Of a stretch of DNA of 64,000 nt, positions 40,411 through 50,081 are shown in pieces. The notes below the pieces were generated by a model. That model was not told where the DNA came from. It saw only the letters and a list, made by a program, of their open reading frames with translations, and did no database searches. The stretch covers positions 288,001 through 352,000 of the IMG/VR virus record IMGVR_UViG_3300045988_170943; one strand, written 5' to 3'. The stretch comes from a virus. The first letter of the stretch is position 1, and every line of letters begins with the position of its first letter. The position numbers were made by a program, and so were the translations under genes.

Positions 40411-41409
40411 ATGAGTGACAGTGGCGGCAGTGTTAGTAGCACCCATGGTTTGCGTGTCGCTTTGGTCCTAGATAAGTCTGAGACGTGGGTGCGGTTCAAA
40501 CGCGACGAGGTACTGGCCTCATGGGGCGTGGCTGGTGGCGAAGTGGAGTACACGGACAGTGTTGCCACTGCTGGCGTCACTAACATGTTCGGTGACGTGA
40601 TCACACCTGTGGTACACCTGAAGGATGCGACCCATGCGAAACGCATCTTAGGTGAACTGGAAGGTTTGTGGGACTTGGGCGTGAGTGCCAGCGTGCTGAT
40701 CGTTGGTACGGTTGCCAGAAACTCCACGAAACGCCTGGAGAAAATGGTGGCAGATCTTGGCGGTAGCGTTCATCTGGCGAGACAGAACAGTCGGGACAAG
40801 ACAAACCCCGCCAGCGAAGTGATCGACGCCCTGCACGTGTCTCAAGAGGTGAAAACCTTCCTTCGTGACTACGCGGGGGATGACTACTCCCTGATCCTGG
40901 GTGTCGCACGGTCATTGTCCACGTTGACGCCGCAGCAACAGGCACGTATCGGCCTGGAAGATGTGGCTATCCGCTTACCGAAGGCTCCTGGTGCTGTACC
41001 TCCATGGGAGATCGACAAGCCTCTGTTCATTCAGCCTGACCCAGACCGCACGGTGAAGATGTTTCGGCGTATCATTGTGCACACGCATCATCTGGTCGTT
41101 CTGTTGCTGTTGAAGGCGAAGTTGCAGACCGCGCATCTCTCGCTCAGGTTGAAGTTGTTGGGGATGACGCAGCCCACTGATATCGCTGACGCGCTTGGGG
41201 TGGCGAACAACTACCAGTTCAAGGCCGCCACCCAGTTGGGGGACCGCCTGGGCGTAGCACTCACCAAGAGGCTGCTGGATGAGGTGTTGGAGGTGGAGGC
41301 TCAAGTGAAGGGTGGCTCCAGGATTGATGGTAACGCTTTGGTAGAGATGGCTTTGTTGCGTATATGTCTGTTGGTAAAGCATCACATGGAGCATACTGGT
41401 CAGAGGTGA
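40411..41409 (+). CDS. hypothetical protein; possible DNA polymerase III delta (HolA)-like clamp-loader subunit
   Basis: 332 aa; size and NMFGDVITPVVHL motif reminiscent of delta; weak. Confidence 0.3.
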   Translation: MSDSGGSVSSTHGLRVALVLDKSETWVRFKRDEVLASWGVAGGEVEYTDSVATAGVTNMFGDVITPVVHLKDATHAKRILGELEGLWDLGVSASVLIVGTVARNSTKRLEKMVADLGGSVHLARQNSRDKTNPASEVIDALHVSQEVKTFLRDYAGDDYSLILGVARSLSTLTPQQQARIGLEDVAIRLPKAPGAVPPWEIDKPLFIQPDPDRTVKMFRRIIVHTHHLVVLLLLKAKLQTAHLSLRLKLLGMTQPTDIADALGVANNYQFKAATQLGDRLGVALTKRLLDEVLEVEAQVKGGSRIDGNALVEMALLRICLLVKHHMEHTGQR

Positions 41410-41588
41410 CGACCTTCATAGCGCGGTGGCATGGGGTACAATAGGCGACAGAAGCCAACTGCTAGAACGACACAAACCTCAACTTGACACTTCCCCACAC
41501 ACTCAACATCCTTCAAAACAAGTGGCAACACCTATTGATGCCGCATGTTTAGGGTGCAAGACAGGGGAGGACAAGGGCGTAAGGGTGG

Positions 41589-43208
41589 TTGGTGTACCTA
41601 CTCTTTTTCGACTCGGAGGAAAGACCGCTCGTGCCAACTAAGACACAGAACTCCCTGAACAAAGTACGAGAAAGGCGCTCAACCTCCCTCAACAAAATTC
41701 TCAACGACCCCTACATCGGGTACGGCAGTATCCAGGAGGCATCTAACGACTGCAAGGGGTCATCCCAGGTGGAGGTCCTGTGCAGGCTGCTCAATAGGGA
41801 AAACCTGTTCATCTCCGGCCCAGCAGGTTCAGGCAAGACTACCATCATCAAGCGTTTTATCGACCTCATCGACGCAATCTATGGCGGGGTGTTCAACATC
41901 GCCGTTACCGCCACCACAGGACTCGCAGCAACCAACGTCGGCGGTAGAACCATCCACTCCTGGAGCGGACTAGGCGTCATGGAAGAACCCTTCAACCTCA
42001 GTGCGCTACGCAAGTCCGGCAAACTCATGAGAATGAGCGCAGCCAGGACACGAGCACGATACTGCGACGTGCTCATCATCGACGAGATCAGTATGCTGCA
42101 CGCCTACTACCTGGACAACCTGGACGCCTTCATGAAGTACGCGCGCCGCAGCCAGGAGCCCTTCGGCGGGGTGCAGGTCGTATTCCTTGGGGACTTCATG
42201 CAGTTGCCGCCAGTCGCCCCCAGGGAACCCCTGGAGGGACTGAACTACGGGTTCGCCATCCAATCCAAAGCATGGATGGAAGCCAACATTCAACACTGCT
42301 ACTTGGACAAGATCCACAGGGCGGAGGACCCAGAACTCAAGCACCTACTGTTCTGCATCGAGCGTGAACGCATGGATGACCGTGCAATCAAAGTCATCGA
42401 ACGGTGCAAGCATAACGGCAAAGACTCGGACAAGGTGTACACCACCCTGTTCACTACGAACCGGAACGTTGACACCTACAACAACGACCGACTGGACGAG
42501 AACCCCAACCCAGCCAAGAACTTCAAGACAATAAAACTCCTAGGATCAGCCAAGGATCTAGAGGCACTGAAACGAGATCACAACATCCCCGAGACAGTGC
42601 GACTGAAGAAGGGCGCAACCGTGATCGTGACCCGCAACCTCACCACCCCCGATGGAGACCTCCTGGCGGCAAACGGGTCCGTCGGCAAGGTTGAAACGTT
42701 CCACAACGGCGACGTTCAAGTCCGCCTCAACGACGGCAGTGTCGTCGATGTCTCCAAGCAACGAGCATCCATCAGCAAACGGAAGACCACCAAGAACGAG
42801 GACGGGGAAACCATCACCTTCGACGAGGAGACGGCAGCAGTCCTCTACATGCCCCTGAAACTGGGGTACGCGATCACCGTCCACAAATCACAGGGGCAGA
42901 CCCTTGACGGTATCGAGGTTGACCTGTCCAGGTGCTTCTCACCTGGCCTGGGGTACGTGGCGCTGTCCAGAGTGCGTAACGCTGACAGTATGGTCATCTC
43001 CAAGATCAATGATGACGCCTTCAGGGTGAACCCCCTATGTAAACAGATCAGCACTTTTGTGAAGCGCAAGTCGGTTGATGGCCGCAAGGAGTTCCTGACC
43101 CACCAGGGTGATTATGAGCCTCTGCTGACTGGTGGTGCAGCCCTGTCTGAGAAGTGGGACGTTCTTGAGTCTGGTACGGAACGTCAGGAGCGAGCAAAGA
43201 AGAAGTGA
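41589..43208 (+). CDS. Pif1/RecD-like SF1 helicase
   Basis: FISGPAGSGKTT, VTATTGLAATNVGGRTIHS, VIIDEISM, VHKSQGQTLDGIEV, YVALSRVR. Confidence 0.8.
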   Translation: MVYLLFFDSEERPLVPTKTQNSLNKVRERRSTSLNKILNDPYIGYGSIQEASNDCKGSSQVEVLCRLLNRENLFISGPAGSGKTTIIKRFIDLIDAIYGGVFNIAVTATTGLAATNVGGRTIHSWSGLGVMEEPFNLSALRKSGKLMRMSAARTRARYCDVLIIDEISMLHAYYLDNLDAFMKYARRSQEPFGGVQVVFLGDFMQLPPVAPREPLEGLNYGFAIQSKAWMEANIQHCYLDKIHRAEDPELKHLLFCIERERMDDRAIKVIERCKHNGKDSDKVYTTLFTTNRNVDTYNNDRLDENPNPAKNFKTIKLLGSAKDLEALKRDHNIPETVRLKKGATVIVTRNLTTPDGDLLAANGSVGKVETFHNGDVQVRLNDGSVVDVSKQRASISKRKTTKNEDGETITFDEETAAVLYMPLKLGYAITVHKSQGQTLDGIEVDLSRCFSPGLGYVALSRVRNADSMVISKINDDAFRVNPLCKQISTFVKRKSVDGRKEFLTHQGDYEPLLTGGAALSEKWDVLESGTERQERAKKK

Positions 43209-43365
43209 CATTTGGGTGGGTTAATATACCACACTCTCCTGTAACGAACCTGTAACCATCCTGGGTTCCGGCTGGTAACCACAGCAGGTCTTTGGTAGGA
43301 TGCGCTGGAGTTATGTCAAGACTTTTAAACACTTGACACCCCAGTAGTGGTCAGAAGGAGAGAAT

Positions 43366-44844
43366 ATGACCAGCAATGACAATGCATCCTCGTTGCCGGA
43401 CCTGGAACTGCCTGCCCCGGCACCCACGGGCTCGGACCCGGAGGCAGCCTCCACAGGGATTGACGCCCAGGGCGAAGCACGGAGCGCAGTAGACGGAGAC
43501 GTGTCGGTCACTCCACAAAACGCGCTGGCCGACATGGTTGCTGACACCCAGGAGCATGGCGACTATGACGAGCCAATGTCACCATCCAAGGTTGCCAACG
43601 TCATTAAGAACATTCGTCACGAGGAATCCACCGCAGAGTCCCAAGGCCACAGCGGTCAGACGGGAGGCCCTGGCCTGGATGTCGATACGGACGAAGATTT
43701 CAGTGAGCCTGATCTTCCTCCCTTGGATTTGGACGGTGGCGAGTCTGAAATGAACTTTCAGGGTGGCGAGAGTGATGTTGACTCAGATGCTACCGCGGTC
43801 ATCGACGCCGTGGAGGGTGCTGACAGTTCCGCTGAGGGCCGAAAGGGTGGCAGGCTGAAGCAAGCCATGGTCGAGTCCCGTGTGGCCGCCAGGAAGGCTG
43901 AGAGGCGCGCTCGTGCTGTCCGGGCTGTTTCCGTCGTCGCTGGCGGGATTCTCTTGGTTGGGGTTGCTGGTGGGGCGGGCTACTGGGGGTGGCTGAAGTG
44001 GCGCAGTGGCGTGGCCAGCGTGCCGTCCGCCGTCACCAGGATCAACGTGACTGACGCCTCTCTGGATCCGTGCAAGACATTCGTTGACGAGGGCCTGAAG
44101 TGCAAGGCTACTTGGCAGATCAAGGATGGCACCAAGCGTGGCGAACTCATCAGTCAGTCTATCAGTGCTGGTCAGAATGTCCCGAAGGGGTCGGGTGTCA
44201 ACCTTGTATACTCCAACGGGCCGGAGACCACCAAGATGCCCAACGTCGTCGGCATGCCTTTGGATCAGGCGAAGCAAGCCATCTACGAGGTGGGTGTGGA
44301 TGTCTCTGAGGTTAACGTGGTGGAGAAACCGGGGGTCAGTGAGAACACAGTCACCTCCTCCTCCATCCAGGCCGGTGCTGAGGTGACGAACGGCAACGGC
44401 GTGAACCTGGAGGTCGCTAACGGAAAGGTTGGCATCCCTGACTGGACCGGCAAGACTAAGGACTTCGTGGAGCAGGACGCCAAGAAGCACGGCATCAAGG
44501 TCAAGTACTTGGAGGAGGACTCAGACAAGACTCCCGGCACAGTCCTGTCACAGTCTCCAAAGGCTACAGAGAGTGCCCCCACGAACGAGGTGCAGGTGAC
44601 CATTGCCCGCTCCGCCAAGGCCAGTGACATCAGCGTCCCGGATGTTGTGGGTAAGAGCGAGCAGGAGGCTCAATCCACACTGGCTACCGCTGGACTCAGA
44701 AAGATCAGCACAGTCAAGGTTCCGAACTGTGCCGTGTCCTCTTCTCAAGTGACGCAGACGATCCCGGCGGCGGGAGGTTCAGTGAAGTCGGATGCGGACG
44801 TGACGATTATCGTGTCCGACCCTGACGCCAGTTGCAGCAAGTGA
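43366..44844 (+). CDS. membrane-anchored protein with acidic cytoplasmic N-terminus and 3-4 extracellular PASTA-like repeats
   Basis: single TM (VVAGGILLVGVAGGAGYWGW) then repeats resembling PASTA (MPNVVGMPLDQAKQAI..., VPDVVGKSEQEAQSTLATAGL...). Confidence 0.6.
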   Translation: MTSNDNASSLPDLELPAPAPTGSDPEAASTGIDAQGEARSAVDGDVSVTPQNALADMVADTQEHGDYDEPMSPSKVANVIKNIRHEESTAESQGHSGQTGGPGLDVDTDEDFSEPDLPPLDLDGGESEMNFQGGESDVDSDATAVIDAVEGADSSAEGRKGGRLKQAMVESRVAARKAERRARAVRAVSVVAGGILLVGVAGGAGYWGWLKWRSGVASVPSAVTRINVTDASLDPCKTFVDEGLKCKATWQIKDGTKRGELISQSISAGQNVPKGSGVNLVYSNGPETTKMPNVVGMPLDQAKQAIYEVGVDVSEVNVVEKPGVSENTVTSSSIQAGAEVTNGNGVNLEVANGKVGIPDWTGKTKDFVEQDAKKHGIKVKYLEEDSDKTPGTVLSQSPKATESAPTNEVQVTIARSAKASDISVPDVVGKSEQEAQSTLATAGLRKISTVKVPNCAVSSSQVTQTIPAAGGSVKSDADVTIIVSDPDASCSK

Positions 44845-45127
44845 ACTAGAGATTCGGCTGGCGGCACAATCTGAAACAGACAGTAAACCACCAACCGAAT
44901 TATTCTAGGGGCTTATATATACCTGGTCAGGTATATACGCTACCACGATATTCGCCCACCGCAACACAACAGAAACGTACAAAAAGGGACAGGAAAGAAC
45001 CGGCGAGTTCTTACCACAGTTACTCAAAAAGCAGAATGGGTACACAAGCATCCCAAACTACTATAGAGGACAAGGAAACACGGCCACAAGCCGAATAACC
45101 CTCTGTGAAAGGCAAACTCACAAGCAC

Positions 45128-46237
45128 ATGACACCTCACTACAGCAAGACCAAGCACACCAGTAAGATCCTCATCGGTTCGGTACTCGCAGCCGTCACCA
45201 TGGCCGGAACCTCTGGGGGAGTCGCAGTAGCAGCCTCCCTCGACGAAACCCCAACAAACAACAACACGGGGGCACAGGACACCCACTCCAGCGACAGCAA
45301 GGGTGGCGCACACAAGTCCACCTACCGGGCTACCATCTTTCTCACCACCCAAGGCGACCTCACCCCAGTCACCATCGACAGTGACACCACTACCGTTAAC
45401 GAAGCCATCGCCGCGTCCGGCCACAACCTCGCCGACTACCGCACCATCGACGGCAACAAGGTAGACGGCAACCGCACCCTCACAAACGGCGAGCACCTAG
45501 CCCTCCTCCAAGCCGAAACCAGCACCGCCACCAGCGAGAACATCAGCATCCCCGCACCAGAGACCACCAAGGAGTCCCCAGACCTCCTCGTCGGCGAGAC
45601 CAAGGTGGAATCTGAAGGCAAGGCCGGGCAGGCCATCAAGACCGTCGTCACCACCAAGGACGAGAAGACCGGCAAGACCACCAGCAAGGAATCATTGGCC
45701 GTCACCGCCGCCCCGCAAGCCAAAGTCACCCTCATCGGCACCAAGAAACCCTCCACAGACAACACTGAGACCACCTCCACCAGTGACACCAACACGGGCG
45801 CACAGTACATCGGCCGCCACGTAGCCAACCCCAGCAGCAGCGACAGCAACTCCAACGCGGCCACCGCGAAAGCCGTAGCCTCCAACCTCGCTGACGGAGC
45901 CAAGGCAGCAGAGATCGCCAAGGCACAGGTCGGCAAACCCTATATGTGGGGATCCGCTGGACCGAACGCCTTCGACTGCTCCGGCCTCATCTACTACGCA
46001 TTCGGAACCCAGTTGGGGTACAACATCCCCCGCACAGCCTCCGACATCGGCCACTCCTCCACTCCCATTTCCAAGAGCGACCTTCAGGTAGGGGACATCC
46101 TCTACACAGAGACCCACATTGGCATCTACGTCGGGAATGGGCAGGTAGTTCACGCCGCCACTGAAAACACTGGAGTCGTCTACGACAGCATTAACGGCTA
46201 CTTCTCATCCTTCCAGGCAGGGCGACTCACCCGGTGA
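45128..46237 (+). CDS. secreted cell-wall hydrolase: G5 domain + NlpC/P60 peptidase
   Basis: signal peptide; G5-like ETKVESEGKAGQAIKTVVTT; NlpC/P60 catalytic region YMWGSAGPNAFDCSGLIYYAF...HIGIYVGNGQVVHA. Confidence 0.75.
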   Translation: MTPHYSKTKHTSKILIGSVLAAVTMAGTSGGVAVAASLDETPTNNNTGAQDTHSSDSKGGAHKSTYRATIFLTTQGDLTPVTIDSDTTTVNEAIAASGHNLADYRTIDGNKVDGNRTLTNGEHLALLQAETSTATSENISIPAPETTKESPDLLVGETKVESEGKAGQAIKTVVTTKDEKTGKTTSKESLAVTAAPQAKVTLIGTKKPSTDNTETTSTSDTNTGAQYIGRHVANPSSSDSNSNAATAKAVASNLADGAKAAEIAKAQVGKPYMWGSAGPNAFDCSGLIYYAFGTQLGYNIPRTASDIGHSSTPISKSDLQVGDILYTETHIGIYVGNGQVVHAATENTGVVYDSINGYFSSFQAGRLTR

Positions 46238-46294
46238 CGGACACCACGCCCCAGAATCACGGGCAAACCCCCTGACCACTGGAACCATAGACTA

Positions 46295-46338
46295 GGGCCA
46301 CCCCAGTTACTCTCCTTCCTGGGGTGGCCCTTCAACTT
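46295..46338 (+). terminator. rho-independent terminator
   Basis: gggccaccccag...ctggggtggccc then ttcaactt. Confidence 0.5.
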
Positions 46339-46376
46339 GCCAAAACCCAGGTCAACGGCATACAATAGACTACACT

Positions 46377-47006
46377 ATGACCAAGAACAGTAAGACCGTG
46401 ACCTCCACAGTAGGTAACACTCTCAGTAGCCAAGCCACTAACACGACCACCACCCTGGACACCATCACCTACACGGAAGGAGTACCAGACAACGTGCGCG
46501 ACGACCTCAAGGGGCTCACCACCCAGCAGGTCAAGGACACTCTAGAGACACACCGCACCCCCATGGTCACAGTGTGCATGAACCTCACCAGCGACTTCAA
46601 CAAGGCGTCAGTGATCCGCGCCCACAACGCATTCCTCGGCAACGACATCATCATCGTCGGCAAGCGTCGATTCGACCGCCGCGGCACGGTAGGCACCTAC
46701 CACTACGAGACGATCAAGCACACCCCCAACTTCATGGACGTCTACTCCCACCTTAAGGGACGTGGCTACACCCTCATCGCAGTGGACAACACACCCCAGT
46801 TCAGCCCACAGTCCGTCTATGACACCAACATCCCCAGACATGCTGCGTTCATCTATGGTGAGGAGCAGAAGGGCCTCAGCGAGGACGTGGTGGCCCTATG
46901 TGACATGGTGGTTTACATCCCCCAGTACGGTAGTGTCAGGTCCATCAATGTGGCACAGGCGGCCGCAGTCATGATGAGCGAGTACAACCGCCGCCACCGC
47001 CCCTAA
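46377..47006 (+). CDS. SpoU/TrmH-family RNA 2'-O-methyltransferase
   Basis: C-terminal SINVAQAAAVMMSEY and glycine-rich knot motifs typical of SPOUT TrmH. Confidence 0.65.
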   Translation: MTKNSKTVTSTVGNTLSSQATNTTTTLDTITYTEGVPDNVRDDLKGLTTQQVKDTLETHRTPMVTVCMNLTSDFNKASVIRAHNAFLGNDIIIVGKRRFDRRGTVGTYHYETIKHTPNFMDVYSHLKGRGYTLIAVDNTPQFSPQSVYDTNIPRHAAFIYGEEQKGLSEDVVALCDMVVYIPQYGSVRSINVAQAAAVMMSEYNRRHRP

Positions 47007-47094
47007 AAACAGGGGCAACCCGCCACCAGTAAGCCCAGACGAGAAGTCGGTAACCTAAAAGGGTAAACCCACACCACCCTTGGAGGCTCGCCTG

Positions 47095-48345
47095 ATGATC
47101 AAGATCGCACACCTGAGCGACATTCACGCCGGATACACGGCCACCAGGCACCTCAACAACCAAGGCATCAACGTGCGTGAAGCCGACGGATATGTAGCGT
47201 TCGCCCGAATCGTCACCGACTGCATCAACCACGACGTTGATCTTGTAGTGATCGCTGGAGACACCTTCCACACCTCCACCCCCAGCATCCGCACAATCAT
47301 CTTCGTGCAAAACCAGTTCCGACGCCTCGCCGCAGCAGGGATCCCCATCTACGCGCTTGCTGGAAACCACGACGTAGACGACATTCGAGCCAACATTGCA
47401 GCATCACGAGTCCTGGATGATCCACTCAGGGACATCCACTCCCACATAGAACCCTATGCAGTCCACGAAGTATTCGATGGTGTTCACCTACACATGGTGT
47501 CACACCACATGTTCATGGACCAGTCTCAAACCCTCCCTAACGTGAAAAGCGTTGACGGCGCTATCAACATCTTCACCACGCACGGATCTGTCATAGACCC
47601 CATCCTGGAGATGAAACTTCACACAGAGCAGTCCCCCCGTGAGATCGTCATCCCCGACTGGCTACTGGCTGAAAACAACTGGGACGCCATCATGCTAGGC
47701 CATATCCACGAACGCGGCTGGGTAGGATCCAGTGACGGACGCACAGACACAGCCAGCACGGGCATCTTCTACAACGGGTCCATCATCCGACGGGGCTTCG
47801 CCGACAAGACCTGCACGCTCGGACGAGGCTGGACACTGTGGACCATACAGGACGATGGAACCTTCACCCAGGACATCAAGACCATACCGCAGCGCCCCCA
47901 GTACGACTTCACCCCCATCGACGCCAGCGCCCTGACCGCTAGTGAGGTCACCGACATCGTAATCAACAACCTCAAGTCCACCCAACCAGACGACGGACCA
48001 GTGTTCAACGCCGCCAGCGCCCCCATCATCCGGCAACGCATCGAGAACATCACACCCGGAAAGAAGTCCGCCCTCGACCTGAAAGCCATCAGCGACAACG
48101 CGGCCCACGCACTCCACTGGGACATGCCAGCATCCTTCACCCCCACAAGCAACAATGACACCACTCGGCGAGCCAGCGAGGAAAGAATCGGCACCAGTAG
48201 CGCGGACCTCCTAGGCGTCTACGACGAGTGGGCAGAGGACAACGAGACCCTGAAAAACATCTCCGATAACATGCGTGAGAACGTGTCCAGGAAAGCCCGC
48301 GAGTTCGTCAAAATGGGGCAGGAAGAAGTACTCGCCGCAGAATAA
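47095..48345 (+). CDS. sbcD: SbcD/Mre11-family nuclease (calcineurin-like phosphoesterase)
   Basis: IAHLSDIHAG, VVIAGDTFH, ALAGNHD, GHIHE phosphoesterase motifs. Confidence 0.8.
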   Translation: MIKIAHLSDIHAGYTATRHLNNQGINVREADGYVAFARIVTDCINHDVDLVVIAGDTFHTSTPSIRTIIFVQNQFRRLAAAGIPIYALAGNHDVDDIRANIAASRVLDDPLRDIHSHIEPYAVHEVFDGVHLHMVSHHMFMDQSQTLPNVKSVDGAINIFTTHGSVIDPILEMKLHTEQSPREIVIPDWLLAENNWDAIMLGHIHERGWVGSSDGRTDTASTGIFYNGSIIRRGFADKTCTLGRGWTLWTIQDDGTFTQDIKTIPQRPQYDFTPIDASALTASEVTDIVINNLKSTQPDDGPVFNAASAPIIRQRIENITPGKKSALDLKAISDNAAHALHWDMPASFTPTSNNDTTRRASEERIGTSSADLLGVYDEWAEDNETLKNISDNMRENVSRKAREFVKMGQEEVLAAE

Positions 48346-48465
48346 CCCGAGTAGGGTAGGACACCCCAGGCGACAACATAAACCCAACCAAGGGGCGGCA
48401 ATAGTGGACATTGTTAAGATATTCGCGTACTCTGAACAAGGAAAAGACTAGATGAGGGCGAACAT

Positions 48466-49389
48466 ATGACACGACCACGAGGAAAACACGTCAAGGAAAC
48501 CAGGCGCACAAGCAAGCCCATACGACACCTGATTCCACCCCTCATCGCATCAACCGCTATACTCAACCCAGGCGCGACAGCAGCAGCCTACCAGCCAAGC
48601 GGCCAGCAGGACGTCCCAGGGATCCCCTCCGGCCTCTCAGACAGCATCACTGACCTGTCTACGACTGACACCAAAGCCATCCCCTACCCGACCCGTGTCG
48701 TCGAGGACAAGGGGCTACCAGCAGGCATTGAAGTCGTCATCCAAGAAGGCAGGGACGGGGTACTCAAGACCGTCACAGGGTTCAGGCAGGCGGCAGGAAC
48801 AGGGGGCACCCAACACAACTCCAGGGTCAGACACACCTACATCGACACCCCCGCCACAGAGAAAGTCATCCGCAAAGGCACCAAGACTGAGGTCATCGAA
48901 GGGGTAGCAGACAAGGTAGTGCAGGCCGAAGCCAAGATCGCGGAGCAGAAAAAAGCAGAGGAAGCCACCCAAGCCAAACGGGACGTGGAGCAGCAGGCAC
49001 AGGCCACTGCGGCACCAACCAGCCTTGACAACAGTGCCGCCGCCCAAAACAACAGCAGTGACAGTGGCTCCACCACGCCGCCCCCAGCAAATCAGGCGAC
49101 CGGAACGAAGACCGACTGGATGCGTGCCGCCGGAATAGCCGAGTCGGACTGGCCCTATGTGGACTACATCATCAGCCACGAGTCCGGGTGGAACCCCAAC
49201 GCCGTCAACGCATCCAGTGGCGCTCACGGCCTACCACAGGCCCTACCAGGAGGGAAGATGGCGTCAGCCGGTGAGGACTGGGCCACCAACCCTGTCACCC
49301 AGTTAAAGTGGGCCAGCGGGTACGCAGTCGGCCGATACGGATCCTGGGCCGCCGCCTACAACGCATGGCGGTCACAGAACTGGTGGTAG
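48466..49389 (+). CDS. secreted G5-domain protein with C-terminal lysozyme-like/transglycosylase domain
   Basis: signal/TM; G5-like RVVEDKGLPAGIEVVIQEGRDGV; C-terminal IISHESGWNPNAVNASSGAHGLPQ resembles the SLT/transglycosylase catalytic ES...GLxQ motif. Confidence 0.55.
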   Translation: MTRPRGKHVKETRRTSKPIRHLIPPLIASTAILNPGATAAAYQPSGQQDVPGIPSGLSDSITDLSTTDTKAIPYPTRVVEDKGLPAGIEVVIQEGRDGVLKTVTGFRQAAGTGGTQHNSRVRHTYIDTPATEKVIRKGTKTEVIEGVADKVVQAEAKIAEQKKAEEATQAKRDVEQQAQATAAPTSLDNSAAAQNNSSDSGSTTPPPANQATGTKTDWMRAAGIAESDWPYVDYIISHESGWNPNAVNASSGAHGLPQALPGGKMASAGEDWATNPVTQLKWASGYAVGRYGSWAAAYNAWRSQNWW

Positions 49390-49525
49390 AAAAAAGAGAG
49401 GGGCGATAGGCGCTGACAAGGTGTATGAGTGTATCCACCCCAGAACACCCTGTACCTTCATGCACAAAGTAGCCCCAACCAGCAGACACGCCGCCGCACA
49501 GGCCCAAGAAACCGGAGAAACACGC

Positions 49526-49831
49526 ATGTACACAATCAGCCAGCACAACCCCGACACAGACACCTACACTGAGGTCGAGATGGGCCTCTCCGGTGGGGAA
49601 GTTCGCCAGTCCATCCTCGACCGTGTGCGAGGAGACCTACACCATGAGGACGAGAACGGCCTAGACTGGAGAACCAGAGTCATGTGCCGACCCCAGGACC
49701 TCAAAGCCACAGACGGGGCGTACAGGCAGGCAGACGAGGCGATATACGCCATGAACGACACCCAGATCGAGGGCGACTGGGTATTCACCACCAGCGGCAG
49801 AATCAAGGTGACCCAAGATGACGAAAACTAG
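49526..49831 (+). CDS. hypothetical protein
   Basis: 101-aa ORF from internal ATG. Confidence 0.4.
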   Translation: MYTISQHNPDTDTYTEVEMGLSGGEVRQSILDRVRGDLHHEDENGLDWRTRVMCRPQDLKATDGAYRQADEAIYAMNDTQIEGDWVFTTSGRIKVTQDDEN

Positions 49832-50081
49832 CCAAACCATACGACGTCGGGCAGCACTTATTGGTGCCACCCTCGCCCTAGCGCTCATAGCCATCATCAG
49901 TGCGTGCATGACCCACACCATGCCCACACAGACCATGGCCCCACCCAGCCCAGGTCCATCCCCATACATCAAGACCATCTCCTGACCTGAGGTCTCAAAG
50001 GAGCCAAACCTGCCCAATACCCCGGCAACTCAGCAAAGCCAACACCAAACACAGAAAACAGACAGGAAGGTAAACAGCGCC

